The translations under genes were made by a program, and so were the position numbers. The notes below the pieces were generated by a model, which saw only the letters and a program-made list of their open reading frames with translations, was not told where the DNA came from and ran no database searches. A DNA stretch of 64,000 bases, from positions 735 to 64,734 of the IMG/VR virus record IMGVR_UViG_3300021255_003269; one strand, written 5' to 3'. This document shows positions 9,930-18,964 of the stretch, piece after piece (position 1 is the first letter of the stretch; each line of letters opens with the position of its first letter). The DNA is from a virus. Taxonomy: Duplodnaviria; Caudoviricetes.

Positions 9930-9941
9930 CGATGGTCCACC

Positions 9942-10520
9942 TCAATCAATATTGATTTCACAATGCTCGCCAAGCCATGCCTGCATCTGGTACCAAATAT
10001 CTGCTTCCATGTAACCATTCACGGCATATCTGAGTGGAAACAGACCGCCATTCCCATAAGCATCGTACGATCGGTCAAGAACCCGCTGAACAGCCTCTTC
10101 AACAAAGAAATCACCATTCAGATCATCATACCTTTCATCTGTCAATTTGAGCAATCTAAGATTACGGATCAGGCACCAAAAATAATGCTCGGTTTTACTT
10201 GGCTGTCCTTCTTCGCCCATCAGAAAGCTCATTCGCTTCGCCAATCCGATGAGGAATTCCAGCATTGTGCATGCCCCTCGGTTGGTGCTGGATCCGTACT
10301 CGCCATATCTTTGCATGAACTCCACACGCAGCATCAAGCCATCATTCGCCCGATTGCCATCCATTTCAATACTCGGACGAAATATCAGCTGATGCAGCAA
10401 TGTCGTCATACGCAAATAAGGCTTTCCTTTTCCAACACCAACCTTTTTGCATAGCCATTGGAAGTATGGATCATTGTCAATAATTGTCGGAATCGTCCTC
10501 GTCGTCTTCGTCACTGCCAT
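9942..10520 (-). CDS. Conserved phage hypothetical protein
   Basis: 192-aa ORF coupled to neighbours; YFQWL...NRANDG...TMLEFL...GGLFPL pattern recalled from related gut phages. Confidence 0.7.
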   Translation of the reverse strand: MAVTKTTRTIPTIIDNDPYFQWLCKKVGVGKGKPYLRMTTLLHQLIFRPSIEMDGNRANDGLMLRVEFMQRYGEYGSSTNRGACTMLEFLIGLAKRMSFLMGEEGQPSKTEHYFWCLIRNLRLLKLTDERYDDLNGDFFVEEAVQRVLDRSYDAYGNGGLFPLRYAVNGYMEADIWYQMQAWLGEHCEINID

Positions 10521-11184
10521 ACTCCTCCATCCGCTTGATTGTATTATAAGAGGAGGTGCGCTCAGTAATGAAGAAGATGGAGTGAGTCTTGTGATTGAAT
10601 ATCACTCGAATCTGCGGATCACCGGTAGTTTCCGGATCGACGGTCTCAAACATCTCTTTGACATCAAATCCGATGAACTTGTCAGAATCCTCCAGCGGTT
10701 CGTTGTTTTCATCACAAACCAGATTATCTGAAGGATACCAATATAGTTCAATCGGGTCATACTCACCGTCCGGAGCAAGAGACAGCCAATGATGCCAGTC
10801 ATTCATACTGGCCGGCTCAATGGCTTTCAGATCCTTTTTTAGAAAATCTCCGATCTTTTCTACCTCTTCCGGCGTTACCTCCACTTCATTAGGCGCGTCT
10901 TTAGTCCTCGTATCATACTTCGACGTCTGTTCGTTAGTTTCCTTCCAGAGCTTAAAATAAGCCTCCTTACGGACTTCTGTATTATCCTTATTATTATCCT
11001 CAGAAGGCTCTTCAGCGGCCTCTACGGGCTTATTTTCGGCCTTAGAAACCAAATTATCAAGCTCTTCTTCAGAAATCTCTTCAAATTCTACTTCACACGT
11101 CTTTTTACGCACAAAATATCCAGCGCCAAAGCCCGCGCCAAACGACGCGAGCCCAACCAGCGCAAGTTTCATCCAAAGTTTCAT
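10477..11184 (-). CDS. N-terminally membrane-anchored acidic protein
   Basis: Hydrophobic LALVGLASFGAGFGAGYF; SD AAGGAG. Confidence 0.7.
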   Translation of the reverse strand: MKLWMKLALVGLASFGAGFGAGYFVRKKTCEVEFEEISEEELDNLVSKAENKPVEAAEEPSEDNNKDNTEVRKEAYFKLWKETNEQTSKYDTRTKDAPNEVEVTPEEVEKIGDFLKKDLKAIEPASMNDWHHWLSLAPDGEYDPIELYWYPSDNLVCDENNEPLEDSDKFIGFDVKEMFETVDPETTGDPQIRVIFNHKTHSIFFITERTSSYNTIKRMEEYGSDEDDEDDSDNY

Positions 11185-11198
11185 ATCGCATATCTCCT

Positions 11199-12179
11199 TT
11201 AAATTTTATTTAAATTACCATCGCAGTTGAACTCCAGCCAAACGACGTCACTCATGCCACGGATAGCCGGTTCGTTAATTGCGCGGTAGATGCCGAAATC
11301 AATGAACTCATCGCCTCCGGAACCCTTTTTCCAACCGTAATTCCTGACGAAGTTCATGAAGTCACGATATTGGGCCTTTGTCATTCCTGCTTTACGGACT
11401 TCGAATTTGTATCCGAGATGCTTCAACACCTCATACATGGATACTTCTTCTGTCCGTTCGAATTCATGCTTCCACCATTCCTGTTCGCAATGAAGGATAA
11501 ACAGATTCTGTTCAGTACTCGGTTTCCATGTTCTAAACAGATCTTCACAGAACTCAAAACGCCACGGATTATCATTCTCTTTAACGACAGGAATCTTGGT
11601 CTTTACAGTTTTTTCCTTGCCGTCGGCATCGGTAATCTTTTCTTCGATCTCTTTTTCGCCAATGATGCCGCGAGCATACTTCTTATCAGCTTCTTCACCA
11701 AGATCCTCACGAACATTCTGTCGGTAGAACTTGTAGGCTTCCTGAGTTCCCTTTAAAGCCCCGCTCAGGAAGATGTTGCGAGCTCTGAATATCTTAATGC
11801 TCTTGGCACCTAAGCCCATGCCCACGATCAGAGTAGCGCCAGGACCGACAAATTTCTTTGTGACCCTCCACACACCCTTGATTTTAGCGGCTTTCAGTTC
11901 TTTTGTGTGCTGTTTTTCCAAAGCTGCTTGTTCTGGTTCCGGTTTTTTGGAATATCTTTCGTTGATCTCTTCGATTTCGGTGTTGGTTTCTTCCATAACA
12001 TCTTTAACACCGATTGCCTCATAAATAGCCCATCCAAAAGCCACAAGGATGGCCGCACCACCACAAACAGCCAATATCTCAGGCTTATTCTTGTTAACTT
12101 TGGCAACGGCTTTGGCCACCGGCTTGCAACGAAGCAGCGTCCTGCTCATTTTTGTACCGATTTTAGCCAGTCCATTCAT
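11199..12179 (-). CDS. DUF6353-like membrane protein (paralog 1)
   Basis: NKPEILAVCGGAAILV N-terminal pattern, two hydrophobic segments, C-terminal WLEFNCDG; family name from recall. Confidence 0.65.
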   Translation of the reverse strand: MNGLAKIGTKMSRTLLRCKPVAKAVAKVNKNKPEILAVCGGAAILVAFGWAIYEAIGVKDVMEETNTEIEEINERYSKKPEPEQAALEKQHTKELKAAKIKGVWRVTKKFVGPGATLIVGMGLGAKSIKIFRARNIFLSGALKGTQEAYKFYRQNVREDLGEEADKKYARGIIGEKEIEEKITDADGKEKTVKTKIPVVKENDNPWRFEFCEDLFRTWKPSTEQNLFILHCEQEWWKHEFERTEEVSMYEVLKHLGYKFEVRKAGMTKAQYRDFMNFVRNYGWKKGSGGDEFIDFGIYRAINEPAIRGMSDVVWLEFNCDGNLNKI

Positions 12180-12382
12180 TTGTTTCGTTCCTCCTGCAAA
12201 TTGAACTCAAAGATGCTGATTTGCACACCTTTTTCTCGTTCGATAGCTTCCCTTCTATGGGTAAGAGCCGCTTTAGTATACAAATATCTGATCTGTTCAT
12301 CGGACATGGATTTGGCATATTCTTCACCGTATTGTCTGGCAGCCCATGTCCTCATCGTTTCGAATTCTGCCATAAATATCAC
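12176..12382 (-). CDS. Small hypothetical protein
   Basis: 68-aa ORF overlapping the downstream start. Confidence 0.55.
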   Translation of the reverse strand: MIFMAEFETMRTWAARQYGEEYAKSMSDEQIRYLYTKAALTHRREAIEREKGVQISIFEFNLQEERNK

Positions 12383-12383
12383 C

Positions 12384-13043
12384 TCAGCTCAGCACATGCG
12401 CTTTAGGCAGATCCACGATCCATGGGGCATCTGGGTTGCTGATATGGGTCGGAGCTTTGATGGCAAATATCTCATCGGCTTCCCATCCATACTTATCCCA
12501 AGTATAGTCAATCGTCTTACCTTGCATCCAGGCCAGATCCTGAACGCTCAATGTAGCATAAGTGGTCACATAAGCATGCAGACTGCGAATGAAATCTTCA
12601 GCCTTACGCTTTTCACGGAAAGCCGGAGTTTCGTAACCGCTTTGTATTACTTCGGCTTCCTTTTTCTTGTTTTCTTCAAGAGACTTCTGCTGAGCCTGCT
12701 TGTTGGAATAACTGACATAGTTTGTCACGAAGTTTCCGATTGTATTGGTTGTGGAAGATGAAGGCTTACTGTCCTTGTAGAGTTTCAGGTCAATAATACT
12801 TACAAGAATGTTTCTCAGATTATCTTTTGCCTGTGGGATAAACTGATTCTCAGCTACATCTTTCAGTATTTCTTTCAAAGTCCTTCCGCTGAACAACACA
12901 TTTCGAAGCCATTTGACAGCAGTATTTTCATCTTTCTTTTTGACCTGCTTGGCATCGGAAAACTGTGTCATCGCCTTCTTTCGTTCCTCAAAGTCCGGAC
13001 GAGAATTATCATCTTGCCTTTTGAAGCTGTTATTGTCCGGCAT
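12384..13043 (-). CDS. Conserved phage hypothetical protein
   Basis: 219-aa ORF ending in DKYGW...WIVDLPKA, a pattern recalled from related phages. Confidence 0.7.
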   Translation of the reverse strand: MPDNNSFKRQDDNSRPDFEERKKAMTQFSDAKQVKKKDENTAVKWLRNVLFSGRTLKEILKDVAENQFIPQAKDNLRNILVSIIDLKLYKDSKPSSSTTNTIGNFVTNYVSYSNKQAQQKSLEENKKKEAEVIQSGYETPAFREKRKAEDFIRSLHAYVTTYATLSVQDLAWMQGKTIDYTWDKYGWEADEIFAIKAPTHISNPDAPWIVDLPKAHVLS

Positions 13044-13383
13044 TCTCGGCCTCCATTTCTGCCGCTACTTCTTTGGAGACCTCATCAATCTCATTTTTAG
13101 CCTCCTTCAGAGCAGTCTCAGTGTCGTCGCACACTTGGTAGAAATAGTTTTCAATATCTTCGCCGACCTTCATGCCAATCATAAAAGTTCCAAGCATGGT
13201 CATCGCCTTTTTCCACCCTTTCAGCGAAGGCATATGATGACCAATCAGTGTGGTGATAACCATATCTGCGCCAAAACAGATAGCGATGCCAACACCCATC
13301 TTGATTTTATCTTTGGTCGTCAGTTCTTTGTCCTGCATGGAAGCAATGCTCTTAACCATTATCGCTGCTCCTCTCGTTTTCAC
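13030..13383 (-). CDS. Membrane protein with coiled-coil tail
   Basis: Two hydrophobic Gly-rich segments and an acidic helical C-terminus. Confidence 0.6.
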   Translation of the reverse strand: MKTRGAAIMVKSIASMQDKELTTKDKIKMGVGIAICFGADMVITTLIGHHMPSLKGWKKAMTMLGTFMIGMKVGEDIENYFYQVCDDTETALKEAKNEIDEVSKEVAAEMEAENAGQ

Positions 13384-13624
13384 GAATATAATTATTAATA
13401 TTGATCGTTGTTGGCATAGTTGGGTGATTCACAGCAGAATAGTTATCGGATCTGCTACTTCTGAATGTGTCCCATACAATTGCCGCCAAAAATACCAGTT
13501 TACCGATCGTAAACCAGGCTTCACCCTTCTTGGCCACCTTCGTCGTAAGATTGTTTTTAGTTTGCTCAACGACATTTTCAGCTGTTTTTACAGCTTTTTT
13601 AGTAAACCATTGACGAATCGCCAT
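13352..13624 (-). CDS. Single-pass membrane protein
   Basis: WFTIGKLVFLAAIVW segment. Confidence 0.6.
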   Translation of the reverse strand: MAIRQWFTKKAVKTAENVVEQTKNNLTTKVAKKGEAWFTIGKLVFLAAIVWDTFRSSRSDNYSAVNHPTMPTTININNYIRENERSSDNG

Positions 13625-13657
13625 ATTTATTACCCCTATCTGAACCGTTTAAGAGAA

Positions 13658-13697
13658 AATAAAGGGACTTAGTTTTGGTTTGCTAAGTCCCTTTATT
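13658..13697 (-). terminator. Intrinsic terminator
   Basis: AATAAAGGGACTTAG / CTAAGTCCCTTTATT inverted repeat followed by a U-tract on the minus strand. Confidence 0.8.
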
Positions 13698-13717
13698 CTC
13701 AGTTCTTCAGTTCAATA

Positions 13718-13990
13718 TCATTCGGCGGTAGTTGTATCTTCGGTTCCATCACTGATTGCTTCAGGTTCGTCGTCGTTCTTACCTCCAAGCAGATTTGAAA
13801 CCAGCAGCACCACACCACCTACAACAACCGTTGCAACAGCGCCCAGTGCAATCTTGGTACCTAATCCAAGGTTAGCCAGAAAGCCCTTCTTCTCTTCCTT
13901 CGGCGGTTCAGGGGGCAAAGTGTTCGCGGGATTCGGCTTCGTTTCTTCAGTCGTCTTCGTCGTGTCCTTCTTCATTTCTTCAGTAGCCAT
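13718..13990 (-). CDS. Single-pass membrane protein in its own promoter-terminator cassette
   Basis: TM segment IALGAVATVVVGGVVLLV; SD GGAGG; promoter at 14031 and terminator at 13658. Confidence 0.75.
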   Translation of the reverse strand: MATEEMKKDTTKTTEETKPNPANTLPPEPPKEEKKGFLANLGLGTKIALGAVATVVVGGVVLLVSNLLGGKNDDEPEAISDGTEDTTTAE

Positions 13991-14030
13991 AGTGTCTTCC
14001 TCCTAAAATTTTATTGAGAACTTTCGTTCT

Positions 14031-14056
14031 TCACTAATAAGTGTGTTTTTTACGCG
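14031..14056 (-). promoter_or_regulatory. Phage promoter motif copy 2
   Basis: CGCGTAAAAAACACACTTATTAGTGA. Confidence 0.7.
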
Positions 14057-14448
14057 CGGCTCGATTCAAGGATCTGCTCGATTTGTTCCATTGCAGCTTT
14101 GTCTTCCGTCTTCTGATCATTGGTCTGTTCGGAAATATCCAGTGTCAGGTCGTCTTCAGTAATCATGCCTTTCGTTTCGCGATACTTATTGCAGCGGCCG
14201 CACAGCATCTTCCACTTATGCAAACCCTGCGTAAAAGCATTCTTTACAATTCTCTTATTAGATTCAGTGTCAGGAAGAGTGTTGAGATGTTCAACACCGG
14301 TCCGAAGTATGATCAGGCCGAACATCTCTTCGCGGAAGGCTTTCACTAGTTCTTCCTTGGTCTTTTCCTTGCCCCAGCGCATATCCAGACCTTTGATTAC
14401 ATAATCCTTCCAATACTGGTCAATCGTTCTTACGGGTACTTGTCTCAT
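14050..14448 (-). CDS. Hypothetical protein
   Basis: 132-aa ORF with SD AAGGAG. Confidence 0.65.
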   Translation of the reverse strand: MRQVPVRTIDQYWKDYVIKGLDMRWGKEKTKEELVKAFREEMFGLIILRTGVEHLNTLPDTESNKRIVKNAFTQGLHKWKMLCGRCNKYRETKGMITEDDLTLDISEQTNDQKTEDKAAMEQIEQILESSRA

Positions 14449-14460
14449 GCTTAATTCTCC

Positions 14461-14814
14461 TTAGCATTGATGCTCATGCGTTGTTAATTCACGTTCTATT
14501 TCCGGATCACGCATTTTATTATAGCGTTCAATAAAATATAAAGAGGCGAGATAGGCGGCGGCGTTCATATCCGGAATAGGGATCTCCCAAGTTCCGTTAT
14601 GCCAATATCCAACTGTCTCGCCTTCTTCATATACAGCCAGCTTCAGGATCCTGCCTCCATTGATTGCATTCAGATTACCATAATGGGCACCAAGATCAAT
14701 GTCAGCAGTATACCATTTGCCGTCGATCATGATGGATGGATGCTCTGTCTTAGCTTTTACTTCTGGCTCATCCATCAATACATATTTCAGAGGAACATAG
14801 GATTCGGCTTGCAT
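14461..14814 (-). CDS. Hypothetical protein
   Basis: 117-aa ORF in the operon. Confidence 0.6.
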   Translation of the reverse strand: MQAESYVPLKYVLMDEPEVKAKTEHPSIMIDGKWYTADIDLGAHYGNLNAINGGRILKLAVYEEGETVGYWHNGTWEIPIPDMNAAAYLASLYFIERYNKMRDPEIERELTTHEHQC

Positions 14815-15584
14815 CTTAATGTACTAACCATTTCTTTGTGCCCATGAATATCTGTCCACTTGCAGCTGGTGATGTTTGCGGCTACTTCCTTATATCCATT
14901 CCGAAGCATCTCACCTTTGCTCCAGTAGGCATTGCCGCTTTCGCATGCGGGAAGACCGATTTCCTCCAGCAGGCTGTTCATAATGGCTTCATCATCAAAG
15001 TCACTGTCGAACGCTCTGTTGAATCGTTCAAACGCTAATTCGATCCATTCGGGTGAAGCACGGAAATAGACTCCCGTCCATGCCATCTTAAACAGATCGT
15101 CGCCATGACCGGTATGAATGATCTGGTCTTCAGACGGGATCACATCTTTATCAATCTTTTCGCTTTCGGCTGCATTTTCAATCTTTTGGGCTTTTCCTTC
15201 TCCGACGATCTCTCTTGTCTTCTTTTTTAGGATCTCCAGATCCGTTTGGCTCGCAGCCAGCAGACTTGTCACAGTCGCAAATCTCTTGGCGTTCACATGG
15301 GCATTCGTCGCTATCGCCACTGTGGTCGCAATAACACACCCGATCCCAGGCAAATATAACTTCCATACAGTTTTGATGACTTCCTTGGTCCCTTTGACCT
15401 GCTTCTCTTCACACAGCTTAACCGCTTTGATCGTGGCATCTGTAAATGCTGCAGCTGTTCCTGCCACACCGCACATGGCTATGGCGGCCAATATCCAGTT
15501 ACTGTGTTTCGTGCTGAACCGCATCAGTTTTCGTCCGCCTCTCAGAAACGGCTGAATAAACTTAGCGGCTTTCATCACTTTCAT
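14787..15584 (-). CDS. DUF6353-like membrane protein (paralog 2)
   Basis: KHSNWILAAIAMCGVAGTA N-terminal pattern; same two-TM layout as 11199-12179. Confidence 0.65.
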   Translation of the reverse strand: MKVMKAAKFIQPFLRGGRKLMRFSTKHSNWILAAIAMCGVAGTAAAFTDATIKAVKLCEEKQVKGTKEVIKTVWKLYLPGIGCVIATTVAIATNAHVNAKRFATVTSLLAASQTDLEILKKKTREIVGEGKAQKIENAAESEKIDKDVIPSEDQIIHTGHGDDLFKMAWTGVYFRASPEWIELAFERFNRAFDSDFDDEAIMNSLLEEIGLPACESGNAYWSKGEMLRNGYKEVAANITSCKWTDIHGHKEMVSTLRCKPNPMFL

Positions 15585-15756
15585 TTTTTAACTCCTCCAA
15601 ATGTTTCTTCATTGTCTCAGATACCTTATTCATGAATTCCTTAAACCGGTTGGCGCAGTATCTTTGTCCCATTAGGAACCCAATATACCAGACAACCAGC
15701 AGCGCGAGGAACGTCAGCATGAAGTCCCTCATGATGAGTCTGTGCCTCCTTTCCAA
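15562..15756 (-). CDS. Small single-pass membrane protein
   Basis: FMLTFLALLVVWYIGFLMG segment. Confidence 0.6.
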   Translation of the reverse strand: MERRHRLIMRDFMLTFLALLVVWYIGFLMGQRYCANRFKEFMNKVSETMKKHLEELKNESDESR

Positions 15757-15779
15757 TTAGAAAAATATTTATGAAAATA

Positions 15780-15821
15780 AAAAAAGCGATGGCCTGTTAT
15801 TAATTACAAGTCATCGCTTTC
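15780..15821 (-). terminator. Intrinsic terminator
   Basis: AAAGCGATG / CATCGCTTT stem with an A-tract on the plus strand. Confidence 0.7.
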
Positions 15822-15824
15822 TTC

Positions 15825-16079
15825 TCACACCAGTGAGCTTCTTACTTTCATAATATTTGCAGTAAATACTTGGTCGATTCGCTTCTTAAACGGTCTTACC
15901 ATCGGGTTTTCCATCAGTTTGATGAAACTGTCCATGTCCACAGGCACTTCGAACGGAAAAGCCTCTGCTGGCAATGTGAATACACCAAAACTCACATCTT
16001 TTAGCAGTCCAGCTTTCTTCAGTTCGTAAGCCATTTTAAACAGTTCGTCCTGATTATCAATCTTCAGTTTGATCGTCAT
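15825..16079 (-). CDS. Hypothetical protein in a promoter-terminator cassette
   Basis: SD AAGGAGGTG; promoter at 16095. Confidence 0.75.
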   Translation of the reverse strand: MTIKLKIDNQDELFKMAYELKKAGLLKDVSFGVFTLPAEAFPFEVPVDMDSFIKLMENPMVRPFKKRIDQVFTANIMKVRSSLV

Positions 16080-16094
16080 TTACGATCACCTCCT

Positions 16095-16119
16095 TCATAA
16101 GAAGGAATGTTTTTCACGC
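16095..16119 (-). promoter_or_regulatory. Phage promoter motif copy 3
   Basis: GCGTGAAAAACATTCCTTCTTATGA. Confidence 0.6.
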
Positions 16120-16409
16120 TATACTTTCATACGAAAAATCAAAAAAGCAGCGGTTCCAGACAAACTAAGCAAAAACTTACCGACTTCAATATCATCTTTA
16201 TCGTCGTTTACTCTTTTGCTTAATGGACGGATCCTCCAGCAATCTCCCCATTCTGGAATCAGATCTGGTCTTTTCATGCTTTCGAAAGTTGCCTTCATCT
16301 GGCGATGGGCATTATACATAGTGTACACATCAGGATCTTTTGCCAGATCTCTTATGTCTCCAATAGTATAATACCTGGCATCGATTTGCTCAAATGCTTC
16401 AAATAGCAT
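16119..16409 (-). CDS. Hypothetical protein with C-terminal hydrophobic segment
   Basis: SD GAAAGGAG; 96 aa. Confidence 0.65.
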   Translation of the reverse strand: MLFEAFEQIDARYYTIGDIRDLAKDPDVYTMYNAHRQMKATFESMKRPDLIPEWGDCWRIRPLSKRVNDDKDDIEVGKFLLSLSGTAAFLIFRMKV

Positions 16410-16443
16410 AAAACATATCTCCTTTCACATAGCTAAAAATATA

Positions 16444-16589
16444 AAAGAAACAAGTCTATTCACGGCTTCAAACCGTGGTCTCTGTTTCCAGCGTCTTCCT
16501 ATTAGACCATTTAACGGATAGTTTTAAAAACAGCCTCATCGAGTTCGGCTGCCCTCCGTAGGGTTTATACTCCCTAAACTTGCTTCTTC
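16444..16589 (-). ncRNA. Putative structured ncRNA (~146 nt)
   Basis: No ORF; starts at the G after the promoter TATAAT; closed by AAGAAGCAAGT/ACTTGTTTCTT; several hairpins including T-arm-like CACGG-TTTGAAG-CCGTG; U-tract follows. Confidence 0.6.
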
Positions 16590-16613
16590 ATTATAGAGTA
16601 TGTTTTTTGCGCG
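16588..16613 (-). promoter_or_regulatory. Phage promoter motif copy 4
   Basis: CGCGCAAAAAACATACTCTATAATGA. Confidence 0.75.
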
Positions 16614-17255
16614 TTATTGAATAGGATGAACGCCTTCGATGTCGTCGAATATCACTGGAATACGCCGCTTGAACTCATCAAGCAGATCCGTCATTAAATG
16701 CCACATATCAATATGCGCAGCCGAGTCAGCTCTGAGTTTTAAAATGTGACGCCACTCACGATAATTAGCAGTGATGACCAGTTCAGTTTTCGTACAGTTG
16801 GGCAGTACTGATCTTGCTTGCTGTGGAGTCAGGCCATAAGCCAGCAGCTCAAAATATGCGTCTTCTGCTTTTTGGCATGCTTCACGCCAGGCATTGAAAT
16901 CGGCGGCATCCTCATTCATCCACCAAGGCTTGACAAAAGTAATTTCAGCGCCAAATTTGTCCTTGCTGTAATTGCAATATCTTTGGCTCTCCTGTGCAAA
17001 GGATGCCATACGATGCCGGACCAATTCATGGCTCAATGCTCTGTCGACAGTAAACAATACTGTAATATAACCATGCTCGAGCATCGCCTCATGCCCATTT
17101 GCAATGAGATTCTTAATGAGCCTCCTGGCGCTTCCACCATCTTTTGTGATTTTGTCTTCACTTTTGTAGCAGACTCTGGCGATTCTCTCAATTTTCTTGA
17201 GTCTGCTCGGTCCCAATTGGGAGAGAATCTTGAAATCAGCATTCACGAATTTCAT
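16614..17255 (-). CDS. thyX: Flavin-dependent thymidylate synthase
   Basis: ARVCY, GHEAMLEH, RALSHELVRHRMASFAQESQRY, ARSVLPN and WRHILKLR motifs. Confidence 0.97.
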   Translation of the reverse strand: MKFVNADFKILSQLGPSRLKKIERIARVCYKSEDKITKDGGSARRLIKNLIANGHEAMLEHGYITVLFTVDRALSHELVRHRMASFAQESQRYCNYSKDKFGAEITFVKPWWMNEDAADFNAWREACQKAEDAYFELLAYGLTPQQARSVLPNCTKTELVITANYREWRHILKLRADSAAHIDMWHLMTDLLDEFKRRIPVIFDDIEGVHPIQ

Positions 17256-17637
17256 TGTTTTTTAACTCCTTTTCAACAATCATAGTAGTGGGGGAGTGCT
17301 TTAGGCTTTCCACCTGTTTCTGAATATTGGTCAGTTTATGATGCCAGGTATCGATCTTGATTCCTTCCCTCCAGCAAATATCAGCAAACTGTACCCAATC
17401 GGTAAACAGCTCAGACATGAGCGCAGTTCTACAGTCTCTGCCAAGCCCCGGCCTGTTATCGACGGCATAAATATCCGTCTGGCATTCACGGCAGGATACA
17501 GCAAGGTATTCGGCAGTACGGGTAATGTTAGAAATACTAATATCATCACCTTGCAGGTAGCGATATTTCAGTAATCTGCGTGTATCATGGTCGAACACAT
17601 AAATATAAACTCTGCGCTCCATCACATATCCCTCCAT
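17236..17637 (-). CDS. Hypothetical protein
   Basis: 133-aa ORF in the operon. Confidence 0.6.
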   Translation of the reverse strand: MEGYVMERRVYIYVFDHDTRRLLKYRYLQGDDISISNITRTAEYLAVSCRECQTDIYAVDNRPGLGRDCRTALMSELFTDWVQFADICWREGIKIDTWHHKLTNIQKQVESLKHSPTTMIVEKELKNNEIREC

Positions 17638-17640
17638 TAT

Positions 17641-18186
17641 TTAATCCAAACTGAACTTGATCTCCTTGGAACTTTTATTGGTCTTGCCAATCGCATCAGC
17701 AATTCCGCCATAGATCTTCTGAACATTGCTCAGGTTTTCGTTGAATTTCTGCAGCAGGTCCTCAAGATTACCATCGAACTTGTCAAGGATCTTAGCCTCA
17801 GCCTTGTCTCTTGCAGACTTTCGAAGGCTGTCCATATCAATCAGACTAGCTTCTGTGCTGATCTTCTCACTGACAGAATCCTGAATCTCTTTCTGGGCGT
17901 CCTTCACGGCTTTACGAACCTCATTGGTCAGCTGAATATGTGCTTCTGCCATTACCTCGGATTTAACTGCACGCACGACGCCATCAACCTTTTCTTCCGA
18001 TGCTTTTCGAATCGCCTGCTCCACGATTCTGTCATCAATATCTTTAACAGTAATAGACTCCATGTTCTTTACAGAAGTATCAAACTTCTTGCTCAGTTTT
18101 GAGACCTTGTAGATAATCGTTCCACCTACAGTGGCGGCAACGGTCCCCACCAGCATCAAACCAGCAGCGATTAACTTGTTAACCAT
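17641..18186 (-). CDS. Membrane-anchored coiled-coil protein
   Basis: N-terminal TM LIAAGLMLVGTVAATVGGTII followed by a long helical region; SD GAAAGGAG. Confidence 0.75.
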   Translation of the reverse strand: MVNKLIAAGLMLVGTVAATVGGTIIYKVSKLSKKFDTSVKNMESITVKDIDDRIVEQAIRKASEEKVDGVVRAVKSEVMAEAHIQLTNEVRKAVKDAQKEIQDSVSEKISTEASLIDMDSLRKSARDKAEAKILDKFDGNLEDLLQKFNENLSNVQKIYGGIADAIGKTNKSSKEIKFSLD

Positions 18187-18207
18187 ATTCTTTCTCCTTT
18201 CAAATAT

Positions 18208-18246
18208 AAAAGGAAGAAGTCTGTTTTTCAGATCTTCTTCCTTTTA
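18208..18246 (-). terminator. Intrinsic terminator
   Basis: AAAAGGAAGA / TCTTCCTTTT stem. Confidence 0.75.
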
Positions 18247-18247
18247 C

Positions 18248-18427
18248 TTACCTTACTTCGTACTGATCTTTGTTCAGTTCATATACTTGATTCTTTTTCG
18301 GTTCTTGCGCACTGCCCATTTCTGTCTGCGGGTTAAATAAGATTTTGTTCATCATCTTAGCTTCCGCATAAGTCAGTCCAAGGCTGATCGCTGCAAAAAT
18401 GCCCATTTTCAATAACCATTTCCCCAT
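18248..18427 (-). CDS. 59-aa membrane-anchored peptide (not in ORF track)
   Basis: MGKWLLKMGIFAAISLGLTYAEAKMMNK...; SD GAAAGGAGG; own promoter and terminator. Confidence 0.7.
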   Translation of the reverse strand: MGKWLLKMGIFAAISLGLTYAEAKMMNKILFNPQTEMGSAQEPKKNQVYELNKDQYEVR

Positions 18428-18450
18428 AATAAAGTCCTCCTTTCAGGTCT

Positions 18451-18476
18451 TCATTATAGGCAATGTTTTTCACGCG
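18451..18476 (-). promoter_or_regulatory. Phage promoter motif copy 5
   Basis: CGCGTGAAAAACATTGCCTATAATGA. Confidence 0.75.
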
Positions 18477-18661
18477 GAATACACTTCACGGATCAGCTTC
18501 AGTATCTCTTCCGGCGTCTCATTTACGCATCTGGGATCCCCGGCGAAATCGATTCTGCTGGTTCCGTCACTCAATTCAACAATTGCAATAATTTTATCAG
18601 CATTGACCCATATTTTTCTGTTTGTTGTTTTCAGCGAAAGTTTAATAAAATAAGGTCCCAT
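18470..18661 (-). CDS. Small hypothetical protein (FlbD-like pattern)
   Basis: FIKLS...WVNADKIIAI...VNETPEEI; start re-called after SD GAAAGGAG. Confidence 0.6.
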   Translation of the reverse strand: MGPYFIKLSLKTTNRKIWVNADKIIAIVELSDGTSRIDFAGDPRCVNETPEEILKLIREVYSA

Positions 18662-18677
18662 AGTTAGCTCCTTTCTA

Positions 18678-18869
18678 TTAAGACCACCATTTAGGAAAAT
18701 CCCAGAACAAATCGACGCCTTTGCCATAGCCTAATTCTTTTAGTACTCGCATAGCTACTGTGTCGGCATCATAGTGCAGCATTTCCGTGTCATCCTGGCG
18801 TTTCTTTTGAATTGCAACAAGCTCTTCATAGAACTCATCCGGAGTTGTCACATGTTTTTCGTTATCCAT
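18678..18869 (-). CDS. Small hypothetical protein
   Basis: 63 aa; HYDAD...VLKELGYGKGVDLF pattern. Confidence 0.6.
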   Translation of the reverse strand: MDNEKHVTTPDEFYEELVAIQKKRQDDTEMLHYDADTVAMRVLKELGYGKGVDLFWDFPKWWS

Positions 18870-18890
18870 TTTTCTTCGCCTTTCAAAAAT

Positions 18891-18923
18891 AAAAGGGATA
18901 GGTGCTTGTCTCTGACACTTATC
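18891..18923 (-). terminator. Intrinsic terminator
   Basis: AAGGGATA(G/A)GTG / CAC(T)TATCCCTT stem. Confidence 0.7.
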
Positions 18924-18964
18924 CCTTCTGAAGAGTGGCTTCTTCGTTTACAGTTGCCTAAATA

